Source: Octopus bimaculoides (lineage: Eukaryota). Taken from it: DNA of 64,000 bases. Of the stretch, positions 63,357-64,000 are shown in pieces. The stretch's first letter is position 1, and each line of letters opens with the position of its first letter. The stretch spans positions 52,117,551 through 52,181,550 of the forward strand of contig NC_068992.1 of NCBI RefSeq assembly GCF_001194135.2, written 5' to 3'. The position numbers and the translations under genes were made by a program. A model generated the notes under the pieces. The model ran no database searches. It was given only the letters and a program-made list of their open reading frames with translations, and was not told the origin of the DNA.

Positions 63357-63550
63357 TCCCCCCAACATCACTTGACAACCAATGCTGGTGTGTTCACGTC
63401 CTCGTAACTTAGCGGTTCGGCAAGAGAGACCGATATAATAAGTACTAGGCTTACAAAGAATAAGTCCTCGGGTTGATTTGCTCAATTAAAGTCAGTGCTC
63501 CAGCATGGCCACAGTCAAATGACAGAAACAAGTAAAAGCGTAAAAGAGTA
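63154..63550 (+). mobile_element. Full-length SINE family A
   Basis: Collinear with 52050-52480 from GGCGTAGGAGTGGCTG to GAAACAAGTAAAAG. Confidence 0.92.
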
Positions 63551-63748
63551 TATATATATATATATATATGTATATATTTATATATACATANNNNNNNNNN
63601 NNNNNNNNNNNNNNNNNNNNNNNNNNNNNNNNNNNNNNNNNNNNNNNNNNNNNNNNNNNNNNNNNNNNNNNNNNNNNNNNNNNNNNNNNNNNNNNNNNNN
63701 NNNNNNNNNNNNNNNNNNNNNNNNNNNNNNNNNNNNNNNNNNNNNNNN

Positions 63749-63790
<42 letters not shown>

Positions 63791-64000
63791 CATATCTCAT
63801 GCACATTATGTAGATATATGTAAGACATATAATTATGGGAAAACATGAATGAACATTCATTTTATATATATACAATAAATATGCATATATACATATATAC
63901 ATATATATATATATATTTCAGGGGTGTTTACTCCGAGTGTGTTAGGTGTGCACTGCACATCCATCAAAAATGGCAAATTCATTATAAATATTAAGCTTAC

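Larger units (their letters stand above)
6063..63748. other. Eight assembly gaps (N runs), not a contiguous feature
   Basis: N runs at about 6063-6391, 12660-12774, 20053-20062, 39793-39802, 44718-44783, 49373-49525, 50177-50380 and 63591-63748. Nearly all are bordered by (AT)n, (GT)n or (CT)n. Confidence 0.98.

Noticed and set aside
4063-63902. Most ORFs in the supplied track (poly-Y/I, H/T, C/V, S/L, D, G, and X-containing)
   Set aside because: They are translations of microsatellites, trinucleotide repeats, SINE bodies or N gaps, with no domain content.
1-64000. CRISPR arrays, rRNA genes and prokaryotic operon-like systems
   Set aside because: No regularly spaced repeat-spacer array, rRNA-like tract or dense ORF organisation is present; the sequence is animal-type repeat-rich DNA.

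Overview
Strongly AT-rich, repeat-saturated eukaryotic genomic DNA from a gapped assembly: eight N-runs, each abutting a simple repeat. The SINE repertoire and microsatellite density suggest a coleoid cephalopod such as Octopus; this is an inference, not something the sequence proves. No complete protein-coding gene, tRNA or rRNA can be supported, and nearly all supplied ORFs are microsatellite, gap or decayed-transposon artefacts. The window holds dozens of tRNA-headed SINE and RTE-tailed short-element copies (families A-D are my own working labels), five RTE-clade LINE 3' remnants, a CR1/L2-like RT remnant, a near full-length dead Tc1-like transposase with DD37E spacing, two hAT-type MITEs, a piggyBac-type MITE and a solo LTR nested in a SINE. 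A few small minus-strand segments with good splice signals may be exons of a large-intron host gene, at low confidence. The most interesting observations are: an RTE insertion with a 5' inversion typical of twin priming; one SINE head fused to at least five different 3' tails; two GC/CpG-rich inserts flanked by unusually long direct repeats; and two decayed hammerhead-ribozyme-like motifs.
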